Shown piece by piece: positions 1 through 13,567 of a stretch of DNA of 64,000 nucleotides (positions within the stretch are counted from its first letter, which is position 1; every line of letters starts with the position of its first letter). The stretch comes from Tubiluchus corallicola (taxonomy: Eukaryota; Animalia; Priapulida). The notes beneath the pieces were generated by a model, which made no database searches, was not told where the DNA came from, and worked only from the letters and a program-made list of their open reading frames with translations. The position numbers and the translations under genes were made by a program. The stretch spans positions 62,001 to 126,000 of the forward strand of contig JAQGDQ010000596.1 in the NCBI GenBank assembly GCA_030141605.1. Reading direction: 5' to 3'.

Positions 1-124
1 ACGTTCGACAGCTTATGCGTGAACACAGCAGTAAATTTGAATTTTTATCTAAAAACTTGCCTAGTTTTAGTGCAACACACTGAACCTCTTACATTAGTAC
101 TGTACTTCAATTTTTGCTTTCGTA

Positions 125-343
125 AATACGTGCAATGCGCTCGTGGAATATTTTTGCTGTTAAAAATTATGTTAGTTTGTGATGTCATCAATAGTTGGGG
201 TCGCCCGCGGTTAATTAAGCTTTTAATCTACCTGTTCTACCATTCAATTATCAGAAACGCTTTTGCAGTATTAATTGTGTTAAAATGTATACTTGCTATC
301 GGATTTGAAAATCGGGTAGTATGTACAATCATCCTGTCTTCCT
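125..343. mobile_element. Terminal fragment of a TTAA-targeting (Kolobok-like) MITE; second copy at about 7850-8054
   Basis: Aligns by eye to 7850-8058; both end in AATCATCCTGTCTTCCT, followed by TTAA in the second copy; end resembles the AGGAAAACTGGATGATT TIR of the 39406-40458 element. Confidence 0.5.
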
Positions 344-935
344 CTAAATAGCGAACAGTATTTTTCATACATTATTTTAAACTTTTTACGACAAAAATCT
401 GTAAAAGGGAAGGTATACATTGCGGTCAAGTCAGAAGACCTTCCCCAGAATAAAAAGAGGTTAGAAGAGGTGCGACTTGCAAATCTCCGAGACAATTGGT
501 AAGAAAAACGCGAGGTCGGTATGTCACAAGAACATGTAAATTTGCTAGGCAAATTCTGTAGTACACTGTGAATCCAAACTGCACACAAAAGCTTACCACA
601 CAGTGTACCCAGGGAAAGGCATAATGATTTCTGTCAATACAAGCAGTAAGATTTGTGTTCTTCAGTTTTTTTATTTATATGATTCGAGGATTGAACTCAG
701 TTCTTTTACATTGGTAGAAATATTGCCTGTAGACATACCTTTACCTGTGTAACTAATTAAATTCAAATAAGTTTTTGAAGTTTATTTAGTATTCCCGCCT
801 CGTCATCAAGTCGTCTGGTACAACCTTTCTACTGTCCAAAACGTCATTTTTTTATAAATTATAACTTGTCTGAGCTGAGAAATATGGATATAACGATGTT
901 GGGTGTGTACCTGCTAGAGGTACAGATTTTGTTAA

Positions 936-1475
936 AGGGAAAGGTCAACCTTTCTAGGAGGTTAGATTTATTTCAATGTTCGCGAAAAATGTTAGAATGA
1001 TTTAGTAATAAAACTGCAATAAGCCTCTCGTGTAACTAGTAAAATCACTTTAAAGTCGCGATCACTTCATGTTTGAGCACTCCCATTTTCAACGCCCATT
1101 CTTCCAATGACGTCATTCGTCTTGAACAAAAGTAGCGCACTGTCAATCTTCATTAAAAGTACAGTAAGTTTTTACAAAAAAAATAGATAACTAATTTTGT
1201 AATATTTTTGCGTGAAAATTAGGTAAACTGCAGAAGTTTGATTCGTTTAAGCAGCGCGCACTTACGGAAAGCCACGATGCGCTTACGAAAAGCCTTGAAA
1301 TCTCCCAGTTACGTCGTGATTTTCAAGTGAATGGAGGCAACTACCACGCCTGAAAATTTCTGTTCAGAGGTAGTTCATTTTAAATTTATGCTTGACAGGC
1401 AGTTCTTTGCAAATTTCGTTGTTATATTTTCTAAGTTTAAATGATAACAGTAAAATAAATCCAATATACTCAGCT
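936..1475 (+). mobile_element. Dispersed repeat, TTAA|AGG-starting non-autonomous DNA transposon fragment (Kolobok-like), copy 1
   Basis: About 540 bp closely similar to 3680-4205; partial inverted copy at about 4790-4885; both long copies begin TTAA|AGGRRAGGTCAA. Confidence 0.65.
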
Positions 1476-1660
1476 GTATATACCGCTAACCCAACAATAA
1501 TAATAAGCCGATATACTGACTGACTTCTTCATTCATTTAAATGAGAACAGGACGTTTTGCGCAGGAGAACAGGAGTCTACCTCAGGTAATATACATCTTA
1601 CTGTCTGTAAATATGTAGCCTGAAAGCTTAGTTAAAGGTCTATGACTACAGGTCTCTCCC

Positions 1661-2348
<688 letters not shown>

Positions 2349-2825
2349 ATGTCCTCATTTTCAATACTTGAGCTCGCAGAAAATTACATACATTACATAA
2401 CATTTATCATATAAAATCTGAACCAAACTTGTTTTATTCAATGCACCAGTAAAACCGTTTTAAGTAAACAGACTTGGAAACAGCATTTTCAGCATCACCT
2501 AGATAAGCTAGGAGGGTTTTAGAACATGTTTCTTTCCCATGTCGATGAGACGACGGAACATGGCAGTGTTTAATTGGCAACATATTGATAGTCGCCCTTT
2601 TTCTGTCCACTGGAATGTTTTACCCAGGATTAGTATCGTCTGCTAAGCATGTGTTACATTTTTAAACACTTCACTGGCTTCCAGTGGAGATAAATCTCTG
2701 CTGCTCCTGTATGGCTTCTTGCTATTAATGCTCTAATTTGATGACATTAGAAAATTACCCACAATACAGCTTTACAAACGAAAATAAATTGACCTGATTT
2801 CAGTCTGGCTTACAGTATTCTTTAA

Positions 2826-3130
2826 AGGAAAACTGGATGATTTTGTAAACACGAATTCAAAATAAAGAATGCTCTAAAATATTGAAAACTACAATAACGT
2901 TTTTTGAATCAAAGCTTACATTAACTAATAATTATCTCGGATACTCAAATTTTGTTCAATTTTCAAAGCTACGCGACTCTGTGAATCTACTAAGATTGGC
3001 AGCAGCGCCTTTTTTCACGTGCGTGTGACCGACAAACAGAAGGCAGTACCGTGATAAGCATGATCATGAACTGCAGTGTTAGTTTTTGACGTCATATGAG
3101 ATAGAGCCCATGTTCGTGATATCATGCGTT
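2826..3130 (+). mobile_element. Truncated copy of Kolobok-like MITE (same family as 39406-40458)
   Basis: TTAA|AGGAAAACTGGATGATT start; about 270 bp match the reverse complement of 40190-40458. Confidence 0.7.
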
Positions 3131-3679
3131 TAAGCAGTAACACTTATGCAAATGTGCTGGACGCGTTTTCGGTGAGCCAGTGGTGCATGCTGGGAAGGCG
3201 TGTCAGTCAAAGTCTACCAGGTGGCGTGAATATTTAAATTACTAAGAATTTTTTCTAGTTACGTAAAGCATTCCAGCAAGTAAGCGTAATGCTAAGTAAT
3301 ATAATTTCGCGTGGAAAGCTTTTAAGGCATACTTTAAAAATGACTTTCATTTGCCAGCAACACAATGGCATTGCAAGATGCTTACAAGTCTTCAAGTTTT
3401 CAACGATCATAATTATATTTCATAATAAATGATAAATTACTTCTACATCTAATTTTGAACGTACAAATGAATGGTTTTGATACCAACCAAGCTGATTTAT
3501 GCGGGTTCATGTAATTATGAGAAATTATGACCACAGGCAACGAGTCTCTGCCAGTACAAAAGGCAGATCATAAAACAAATTAAAATTTCCCGGTGTCAGA
3601 TTTTGAACAAGGATAAACGAGCTTGATTCCTTTCATCGAAATACATTCATTACGGCTAATTTGAGACATAAGAATTTAA

Positions 3680-4205
3680 AGGAGAGGTCAAGCCTTCTAA
3701 GAGATTGGGTTTATTTCAATGTTCGCGAAAAATGTTAGAATGATTTAGTAATAAAACTGCAATAAGCGGCTCGTGTAATTAGTAAAATCACTTTAAAGTC
3801 GCGATCACTTCATGCTTGGACGCCCTTTCTCCTTTCAATGACGTCATTCGTCTGAAGAAAAGTTGCGCACTGTCAATCTTCATCAAAAGTACAGCAAGTT
3901 TTTACAGAAAATTAGGTACTAATTTCGTAATATTTTTGCGTGAACATTGGGTAAACCGCAGAAGTTGGAATTAGTTTAAGCAGCGCGCGTTCACGGAAAG
4001 CTACGACGCGCTTGCGAAAGCTCACGAAGTCTCTCAGTTACTTCATAAATTTCAAGTGAATGGCGTCAACCACCACGCCTGAAAATTTCTATTCAAAGGT
4101 AGTACATTTTAAATTTATGTTTTATAGACAGTTCTTTGAAAATTTCTTTGTCATATCTTTCAAAGTTTAACTGTTAACAGTAAAATAAACCCAACATACT
4201 AAGTG
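3680..4205 (+). mobile_element. Dispersed repeat, Kolobok-like DNA transposon fragment, copy 2
   Basis: Colinear with 936-1475; starts TTAA|AGGAGAGGTCAA. Confidence 0.65.
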
Positions 4206-4560
4206 ACTTGTTCTTTCGTTTAACTAGTGAAAGTGTGTATATTATTTATATTGTCACGTGGGAAAGTGGGATACACATTAGACGTCATTAAGTTAAGATT
4301 CCCACCTTCCAGAAGAGAAGAATTTGCCCATAGCAAACGTTTCTGTTCTCAATGGACCCTAAAATAGTTGATGTCATCTGATGAGCCATTATTAGCCAGA
4401 CAACGGAAATGTTATCACTCTTGGTTTGAACACAACCGCTAGGGGCGTCTTTGTTTTAGGGCATCATAAAGAAGAGTAGTTGCCCAAAATGGGCTGAGAA
4501 TTGAGTGCTTTACTAATCCGCTCATTTGTGCCCTACGTGAATTAACCCAAGCCCTGAAGC

Positions 4561-4756
4561 AAAGAACAAGTCACTTAGTATGTGGGTTTATTTTACTGTT
4601 ATCACTTAAACTGTTTGTGGTGTGCTAAAGGAAAGAACAAATCACTTAGTATGTTGGGTTTATTTTACTGTTATCACTTAAACTGTTTGTGGTGTGCTAA
4701 AAGAAAGAACAAATCACTCAGTATGTTGGGTTTATTTTACTGTTATCACTTAAACT
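4561..4756. repeat. 71-72 bp tandem repeat, about 2.7 copies
   Basis: Unit AAAGAACAA..TCACTTAGTATG..GGGTTTATTTTACTGTTATCACTTAAAC starts at 4561, 4632 and 4704. Confidence 0.9.
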
Positions 4757-5224
4757 TAGAAAAATATAACAAAGAAATTTACACAAAATTATCTATGAAG
4801 CATAAATTTAGAATATACACTCCCTGAGTAGAAATTTTCAGGCGTGGTTGTTGTCGCCATTCACTTGAAAATCGTGACGTAACCATTGATAAATTTTTAA
4901 AGCTGATGTAAACAACGCACAACCTACTGTCTTTTTTCCTACTATTTCTACTAACACATCCTTCTTCCAGTCCTGTGTGATCTAACCTTTCTCTCTGCTC
5001 TTCTTTTGTTCACTCATCAATTCATTTTTTACCTGGTTCACGCGACAGCGGGCTTACACAAGCTATTGCTTCTCTAGCCCACTGCAGTACAATTATTCTT
5101 TTGTGGTGACGATAGTGTATGAAACATAATATTACCGTATGAAGTAACAGTTTTGTTAGTTTGTCGCCATGTAGTGAATGTCACTATTGAACTGACTGTA
5201 ATAACAATTAAACTTCAAAATCTT

Positions 5225-5234
5225 TCCTCCTCCT

Positions 5235-5274
<40 letters not shown>

Positions 5275-5328
5275 TCTCCTCTCTCTTTCTCTCTCTTTCT
5301 CTCTCTCTCTTTTTCTCTCTCTTTTTTC
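5225..5328. repeat. (CT)n microsatellite
   Basis: Direct inspection. Confidence 0.95.
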
Positions 5329-5892
5329 TGAAGTAACAATTTTGTTAGTTATTATTGTACTAAACGCAATAATAAGATAATAATGAAAAACTTCAAACTT
5401 CTAACAAGTGATTATGCAACGGAAGTTCTTGCAAAAGGTTTTTCATTTTTGTAACTTCTAAACATGCAGATGACACGCGCACAGCAGGTGCTCCAGCTAT
5501 TCTTCTAATGACCGCATCACTATAATTAACCAATGATGCTCCCCGTAACGGTCAGCTAATGAAACTGACCACCTCCGCTTGAGCAGGACAAGGTACAATG
5601 AAGAGACATGGCGTTGTTTTGTGAGAATCCCATCAGGAAGATAATCCCTCACCGACAAAGGTGCTATCCCTGATGACATGAGATTAGGAAGACGCTTAGT
5701 TCAGATCCGACATGGCAGGTTGCTAAACTCCACTTACTATTATAGATGTTCCCAGTGGATAAGTTTGAGTTTATACTGTAAGACTTGACTGTAATACAAG
5801 CCAGTTTACACATTCATTCACTTCAAAGAATTTATTATTAAAACAAAACCACTTTTATTAAAAACTTTAATTTACAATTGTTTAAAAAACAT

Positions 5893-5978
5893 GTCCAAAC
5901 GTTTCTCAGGCAATCAGCTGTCATCATCACGCAACAACACAACATGATGACAGCTGATTGCCGTTGAAACGTTTTGAC
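5893..5978. mobile_element. 35-bp inverted repeat carrying degenerate hammerhead-like motifs; probable Penelope-like inverted pseudo-LTR remnant
   Basis: Arms 5893-5927 and 5944-5978 match 31/35 around a 16-nt spacer; each reads TGATGACAGC-TGATT-GCC..GAAACGTTT. Confidence 0.5.
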
Positions 5979-6861
5979 GCTTTTGACAGTTTGACTGTGA
6001 CGCTTGTATTGCATAGAATCACATTATCATTTTTTTTAAAATTGGATACAGTCTTTCAATTACTTTTCATTCAAAATAGTAATCTTCCAAATCACAAACT
6101 GCAAAAAGTCATTCTTGCGACTGTGGAATTTAAACTAATCGGATCACATTGGAAAATTTAAGAATTTTAATGCTCTTTTAAATCTCGTATATTTGCTTGA
6201 CGATTTGCTGAGAAATATTTTAACAGTTTTTAAATTTATAATGTTACAACAAAGCTGTAGTAACTGCCCCCAACAACACAATAGACAGACAATTGGTAAC
6301 TTTTTTCAAACGAACTGTACAACATGTATGATTTCACGGCTGGCACGTGAACATCCTATCCCTATGTGCATATGTACCAAGGATTAATACTGTGTAACAT
6401 TGAGAAACTCAAGTGACCTGCTTTTGTACAATTAGACGGTGTTTTTCACAACTAAAATGTGAAAGTATTGACAAAGCTAATAAGATTTTATCTGCCGCTT
6501 ACTGTAACACACCACAGGTACTTATGTTTGCTCGGTTCTTATAAACTGCCAAATTTTGTAAATCTCACTCTCAGCTTACCAGTACTTCCTATTCAGGAAT
6601 GTTAACTCATTCTTTCTGCTTTCATTAATTCATTTTTATTCTGGCAAAAACCACTTGTATAGTTCTGTGTCTTTGTTCTTACCCAGGCATTTATACTCTT
6701 TCTCTAATTTACTATATTATTTCAAACCACATAATGTATAGAGTTGGGGCTACATAGTGTATAGTGGCCGTAAGTAAACGGATTGAATCTAAGTTGTAAC
6801 ATCGAAACAATTAGAAAAAAGATAGGCCATCTTGTAGGTGGAAAATTTTTGTTATTTTCAG

Positions 6862-6900
6862 CTGATGAGGCCCGTTAGGGTGAAGGCTAATGAATAAATA
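6862..6900 (+). ncRNA. Degenerate hammerhead-ribozyme-like core (Penelope-type remnant)
   Basis: CTGATGA-G-GCCC-GTTA-GGGT-GAAG followed by AATAAA; GAAG replaces the catalytic GAAA. Confidence 0.35.
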
Positions 6901-6985
6901 TTATAATCTTTGAGACCAGAAATCTTTGTTTTCCTGTGTTAATGATGCCAAGTCTCAGAAAAGCTTTCTCGTATTTCAAGTCCTG

Positions 6986-7063
6986 AGATTAGATTACATT
7001 ACATTGCATTAGATTAGATTAGATTAGATTAGATTCGATTAGATCTAGATTAGATTAGATTAG
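6986..7063. repeat. (ATTAG)n pentanucleotide microsatellite
   Basis: Direct inspection. Confidence 0.9.
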
Positions 7064-7651
7064 AAAATTCTAAAAACCGTGTGTACAATTTTAAATCTGT
7101 TTGACTAAATAGAAGAAAAAGCTTTGACTTGGCAGGAAAATTTTTATCTTAATGAAAATGCCAAGCTTATAGATTACGTCATGACAGGTCATACGAATAT
7201 TTTCTAAGAAACGAATTTCTACTGGACACTATTAGCCACACGGATGACAGAGAAGCGACAAAAACCGACACGCTCTGTTACATGGCGTTCACAAATGTTT
7301 TACCACTACAACCATTCTAGATTTAAAAGCGTCCCACTTGAAAAACAAATTTCAGCAGATCAGGTTACTCTGGAGGTACCCACTTTCCCGGGATCGCATG
7401 GAAAACCCATGAATGAACTAAGCCGGCTTTATACAGTAAATCCCATAGTAACTCAGCCGTCCATATCTTAGGCTATTCAGCACCCCTGAAAGGCTTTAGT
7501 CCCGGCTCAGAGTCAGGCACCTTATTGAAGTAAGTACACGATTCATCATCACCTGTCCTTGTTACACACTTGAACACATGCCTGGCATACCAGCCAGACC
7601 ACATCAGTCTGTAAAACATGTATTGTCAAATTGTTGGGGTATCCGGACCCC

Positions 7652-7808
7652 GTCAAAACAATCTACTCTTTAAGATATTGAAAGGAAACATGCTATTTTT
7701 ATCACACAAACACAATTTCACGTTCGCGCCACTAGTTCTTCCCTGTTATATGCATTTCGCCATTTCCTAGTTAGACGGGCACTAGCGCCTGTATTTCGGA
7801 AACGCATT
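7652..7808. repeat. Dispersed repeat fragment; inverted copy at about 38683-38855
   Basis: GTCAAAACAATCTACTCTTTAA..ATATTGAAAGGAAA and CTAGTTAGACGGGC..CTAG blocks recur as reverse complement in ALG14 intron 4. Confidence 0.7.
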
Positions 7809-8498
7809 ACACAAAAAGAAGTGCTGCATCTCTCAGTTCAGATATTTTAGTTTGTGACGTATTGCACACGCCCGTGGAATCTTTTTGCTGTTCAAAATTA
7901 TGTTAGTTTGTGATATCATCAATAATGGGGACTTGCTCGTCAGTAATTGAGATTTAATTATGTAATTATCAGAACTGCTTTTGCATTATTACTGGTGTTA
8001 AATGTGTACTTTTAGCTGTAGTTGAAAATGTATGAAAAATCATCCTGTCTTCCTTTAACTCGCTTTCAAAAATAACCTACATCTGTGTAAAATACAATAA
8101 ATTCCGAACTTTGAATAAACAGAAACATATGCCCTATCTAACGGCTCTGCCCTCTAATGGAGTAAAGCGGGACAATTGTCTATAAGTCTCAATTAGGTAA
8201 AATATGACGCCTGTCAGAATTTGCTGATGTAAGTGGCTAAAATTATTGTTTAAAATGGCCAGCGGTAAGCGCCTCTCATCTGATAATTTATTACCACTTT
8301 AGCTGCACCCCGGGGGGCCTCCTGGTCCTTTAGTTTCGACGAAATTCCCAGATGAAATGAAGCGATACCATTATGCGTTTGTCTAAAACCAGCATATGTG
8401 GCTCCCTGATGGTTCGACCACCTCTTCTATGAGATGAAGCTTAAGAGAGATAGATCACTGAATAAATATTACGTACTTTAAGTACACTGTTATATGAA

Positions 8499-8515
8499 TC
8501 TCTCTCTCTCTCTCT

Positions 8516-8564
<49 letters not shown>

Positions 8565-8573
8565 CCCTCCCTG

Positions 8574-8607
<34 letters not shown>

Positions 8608-8624
8608 TCTCTTTCTCTCTCTCT

Positions 8625-8665
<41 letters not shown>

Positions 8666-8775
8666 ACTCACTCTCTTTCTCTCTCTCTTTCTCTCCTCTC
8701 CCTCCCTCCCTCCTCTCTTTCTCTCACTCACTCACTCACTCACTCACTCTCTCCCAATCTCTCTTTTTCTCTCTT
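8499..8775. repeat. (CT)n/(CTCA)n microsatellite
   Basis: Direct inspection. Confidence 0.97.
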
Positions 8776-9507
8776 CAGAACAGAAAAACAACACTGAGCA
8801 ACAGTTCAGTAGTTTTAACTATTAAAATAGCCAAAACATACGAACGTATGTGATATAAAACAAAATAGATAACTTAACAATTTACGTTACAGACTACATA
8901 TTTTGATTGGTATGAAACTATGTAACACTCCACAAACAAACAAACAAACAAATATGTTAGTAGTAACGAAATGATGTCTGTAGTAATAGTAGTAGTAATA
9001 TCTATTTAATATTATATCATATATATTTTCACTATTAACTACTAAATTGTAATTCGACGTTATTTATCTATATCTATGCTACGCTTTGCTATCTAAACCA
9101 ATACGCAATACTAATTGTAATGGAGAACGGGGACCTGCTTAAGACCTTCCTGTTAACATTGTTAGAAATGATATTCAGTGTAGATTATGATAACAATGCA
9201 CAATAACTTTATAGCACCTGCGTCCGTCTGTGGCTACAGGGGTCACTTTAATGAGCTGCAGCTTCCAAAATTATAACGAAGGTGATAATGAACGTACGTA
9301 ATACCTTGAAATGAGTCCCTACAATGCAGGGTCGTCAAGAGACAACACCTGAGTTGCTGCTAATTAAATTTGTTAATTGAAGCCGTATTAATGCGCGCAT
9401 ACATAATACATTTCCTGCTCGGGACGAGAGATACATTGTTACAAGGTCAGAGTAAATTTTAGTTTATTTTGACAATTTCAAACATTGTTAGAAATACAGT
9501 CACAAAA

Positions 9508-10410
9508 ACAGGTCTACTAACGTCTCATATACAGGCTTAATGTCTCATATACAGGCCTACTGTTTCACATGCACGCCTACTGTCTCACGTACGGGCCTAG
9601 CGTCTCACGTGCAGTCCTAGTGTTTCACATGCAAGTCTACTGTCTCACGTACAGGCCTACTGTCTCACATGCAGGTCGACAGTCTCACTTACAATCCTAA
9701 TATCTCACACACAGGTCTGCTGTTTCACATGCACGCCTACTGTCTCACATACAGGCCTGGCGTCTCACGTGCAGGCCTACTGTTTCACATGCAAGCCTAC
9801 TGTCTCACATACAGGCCTACTGTTTCACATATATGCCTCATATACAGGCCTAATATCTCACACACAGGTCTGCTGTTTCACATGCAAGCCTACTGCCTCA
9901 CATACAGGCCTGGCGTCTCACGTGCAGGCCTACTGTTTCACATGCAAGCCTACTGTCTCACATACAGGCCTGGCTACGGACCTAGTGTTTCACTGCAGTC
10001 TACTGTCACTACAGGCCTCGTCTCACGCACCACAACTGTCTCACATACACGCCTACTGTCTCACATACAGGCACCCCCTCAGGCATCTCACGTGCAGTCC
10101 TAGTGTTTCACATGCAGGTCTACTGTCTCACATACAGGCCTGGCGTCTCACGCGCAGGCCTAGTGTTTCATATGCAGGTCTACTGTCTCACGTACAGGCC
10201 TACTGTCTCACGTACTATTCGACTGTCTCACATGCAAGTGTACTGTCTCACGTACAGGCATACTGTCTCACATGCAGGTCGACAGTCTCACTTAGAATCC
10301 TACTGTCTCACATACAGGCAGACACTCTCACTTAAAATCCTACTGTCTCACATACAAGCCGACAGTCTCACTTAGAATCCTACTGTCTCACTTACAGGCA
10401 GACAGTCTCA
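9508..10410. repeat. 20-bp minisatellite, about 45 diverged copies
   Basis: Consensus about RCAGGCCTACTGTYTCACRT; phase is kept over successive 20-nt blocks; accounts for ORFs at 9669-10375. Confidence 0.95.
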
Positions 10411-11338
10411 CAAACACACACGTTCAATATGTACTGCGAATGCAACATTTATGGCTAGTACTTTATAATGGAATGAATCTGCAATTCATCCACTGGACCC
10501 AGGCTCAAGCCCAGATTCAGTCATAATTTTCAAGCTTTTTTCCACTCCGTTCTACCTCATTAAATCTTGAAAGCATGAATACAATAATTGTTGTAATTGT
10601 CGGTCTTGAATATTAACTTTAGTTTGGATTAAAATAATCTTTTTTCACGATATACCCGAAATCGAAGTTGTCGAAAAAATTTAATTATTTCATTATTTAA
10701 ATGACGGTAGCGATAAGCCGGGGTCGTTTTGCCAATAATTTTTTTATTTGCTTTCAAACTATCCACTCAAGTCTCAAATTTAAATTTAGATCGATGAAAA
10801 TCTTCTCTTGATGGCAGGTTTTTGAAAAAAGAAAAGTTTCAAAAAGCCCTGAAAGCAAAACTTCGTGGAATTCCAATAACTTCGACTCAACGCTATTTCA
10901 CAAACCAACCACAACAGCTGCCATTGAGATAATAGCCACGTTATTACTGGAGGTTATTCAGGTTAAACTATAGTCTAAATCGTCACACACGTATACTAAA
11001 TTCGTTAAGAGTTATTTCTTGTATAATAATAACGGCATATTACCAGCATAAATGCGCCAGTATGACCATTTGTATAATTGCACCACTGCAATAAGCCATC
11101 TTGAAACAAAAGCGCAACAAATAGGCGCACGTTCTGGCTACTGAAAGGGAGGAAATCGCATTAAGTGGTGAGCTAAAACAAAGAGGCTTTGTCCCGTATC
11201 GATTCTCCCACCTGTTTGCAGACATAAGCCCGCACCCAAAATCCTGCAGTCCGCACCCCAAACCTAGCTGGAGAAATACCCTGAATGAACATTTATTCGT
11301 CATTCTTCAGTACCAAATGCCACAGCATAAAAATGAAG

Positions 11339-11650
11339 ATCATCATCTTCTTCGTCCTCGTCGTCCTCGTCGTTGTCGTCGTCGTCATCATCACCATCTT
11401 CTTCTTTTTTTCTTTTTCTTGTTTTTCGTCGTCATCATCATCATCTTCTTCTTCTTCGTCGTCGTCGTCATCATCATCATCGTCTTCTTCTTTTTCTTCT
11501 GCTTCATCGTCGTCGTCATCATCATCATCTTCTTCTTCGTCGTCGTCGTCATTATCTTCATCTTCTTTTTTCTTCTTCGCCGTTGTCGTCGTCATCATAT
11601 TTATCTTCGTCGTCGTTGTCGTCGTCATCATCGTCATCATCATCATCATC
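11339..11650. repeat. Mixed (TCA/TCG/TCT)n trinucleotide repeat
   Basis: Direct inspection; gives homopolymeric ORFs in several frames. Confidence 0.93.
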
Positions 11651-12226
11651 GAATATCACCATCATTAATATCATTCCAGGTATAAATTATAATACTACAC
11701 TTATTTTTAACGCGTAACATAAATGTTTAACGAATTCAGCAGTGTTAATAATTCTCACAATTTTACCCACGAAAAATACCATAAACATGTTTTGCAAACG
11801 TGAGATTATCGCTCTCAAACTGACTGTTTTTGCTTCGTTTTCGTAATTATTACCATGTAACACTTAGTACTTTCTGAATTCCAACGTGCTCACACCTATG
11901 ACTGTGCTGTACGTACAGAAGCCCCTGGATACATCGTTTCTTTACTGCTACTGATTATCAACACGAAATTTTTAAACCGTGACATATAAAGTTTATGTAG
12001 GTGACTACTAATTCGTAGTTGTCACATGAATATAACGACATCATAGCACGCCCTCTGGCGATTTGGAACTACAAATTGTCACCAAAAAAGAGGAGTATCG
12101 CTCAGGCTAGGGTTGAACAAATTCGTAAAGTTAGCAGAAAGAGCAAATCTCGCTTCATACATTAAAACAACTAACTAAACTTCATTTCGTCGTGGGGGCA
12201 AGAAAAAATGCATGAGATCAACTTAC

Positions 12227-12946
12227 CGGACGCGAAGGAGAATTCGTCCAGTTGTTGGAGTGACATTCCAATGCATAACGAAACTACAGTCGCTAATACA
12301 GCATCACACCACCTATAATAGTTACGCAAGTATCATGGTAAAACATGTAGGAAACTAAAAATACTATAGCAACCCGATACCCTAATTCGGCCTTGGTTTT
12401 TGAGCGTTGACCAACCTCCCTCTCGACTTGACCAATGGCCGAGATTGTAATTTTTAGAATTCGAACTATAGCTAGTGAAACTATAAGTAATTGAATTTAA
12501 TCCAAAAATTTGAACTTTTCCTTTTTACATTCTGTGTAACCTAATTAGCAATCAATGTGAATTCAATCAATCCACGTGTGGTAAACGAACTGATACTAAT
12601 TAGTTTTACCTGCTTAACATTTTACCGTCTCCTCGTACGATCACACAAACTCACAAATTACATTGTTTACAACACACGAGCCAGCATCACTGAGCGAATG
12701 AAAACACGTTCTGACCGAGAGAGCAAAAGTGGTTACAACTCGAACGCTTCAAGAGACAAACTGAGTTCCGGACAAAACCGCAGACTCCGACGTGCAAGAT
12801 TGCAGAGCGGAACCGCTCGAGGTCGCTGACTGTCAGCACCTCTTTCTGAGCCTCGGCGCTTCGAGAGACACCAGTAAGACTGCGAGCTCAGTCGATAATC
12901 ATCTCAAGAAATGTCAAACTTATTCAACTTGACGAGGCTGGTAAGC
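12227..12946. promoter_or_regulatory. CpG-enriched putative bidirectional promoter / first-exon region
   Basis: Locally CpG-rich, CCAAT at 12432, strong + donor CTG|GTAAGC (GT at 12941) and strong - donor CCG|GTAAGT (GT at 12226-12225) pointing outward. Confidence 0.35.
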
Positions 12947-13443
12947 GTTTGCCCTGCGAAGCAAAAAAACGAAGTCTACTAGTAAAAAAAGGTGGAAAAT
13001 ATTGAAAATGGCTAATTTGTTGTCACTTATCAGTTATTTTGCATATAATATGTATGTTAACAATTCTTACCTGTTTTTTTTTATTTCTGCGTTTTGTTTA
13101 TTTTTAACAGTGACCCGCATAGTTATTAATTTATGCATTAAATTTTTAAATTAAACAAATTATATAAAACATAACAAATTTCACATTCCAAAATATAAAA
13201 CCAATGTTATGAAACAGTGTCGACATAGATATTTACTTATGGAATTGTCTGTAGCTAATTAAGTAGGTAACTTAAAGGTGAAAAAAGGGCATTTTTACAG
13301 TACAGTACGTCCCAAAAAAACTTCCCACACAAAGTTATATTACTTAGCATTATCCCTACCAGTTTCGAAAAACTTTTGTAATTAGAGAAAAAAATTCTTA
13401 ATAGTTTAAAATATTTCCGCTACCTGCGCTAAAAGCGGCAATA

Positions 13444-13567
13444 CATCCCTATCCCAGTGTGCACCACTGATTCACCAACAGCACTCCATCCCTATCCCAG
13501 TGTGCACCACTGATTCACAAACAGCACTCCATCCCTATCCCAGTGTACACTTCTGATTCACAAACAA
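13444..13567. repeat. 43-bp tandem repeat, about 3 copies
   Basis: CATCCCTATCCCAGTGTGCACCACTGATTCAC.AACAGCACTC repeated. Confidence 0.9.

Noticed and set aside
5497-5740. Minus-strand peptide SGIAPLSVR..RHVSSL..LKRR resembling an Ingi/Vingi-like LINE fragment, or LADRYGEH resembling a GIY-YIG segment
   Set aside because: Similarity too weak and ambiguous to assign without a profile search.
11285-11717. Acidic poly-D/E and poly-S/H/R ORFs
   Set aside because: Mixed trinucleotide repeat open in several frames; no supporting splice structure or flanking domain.
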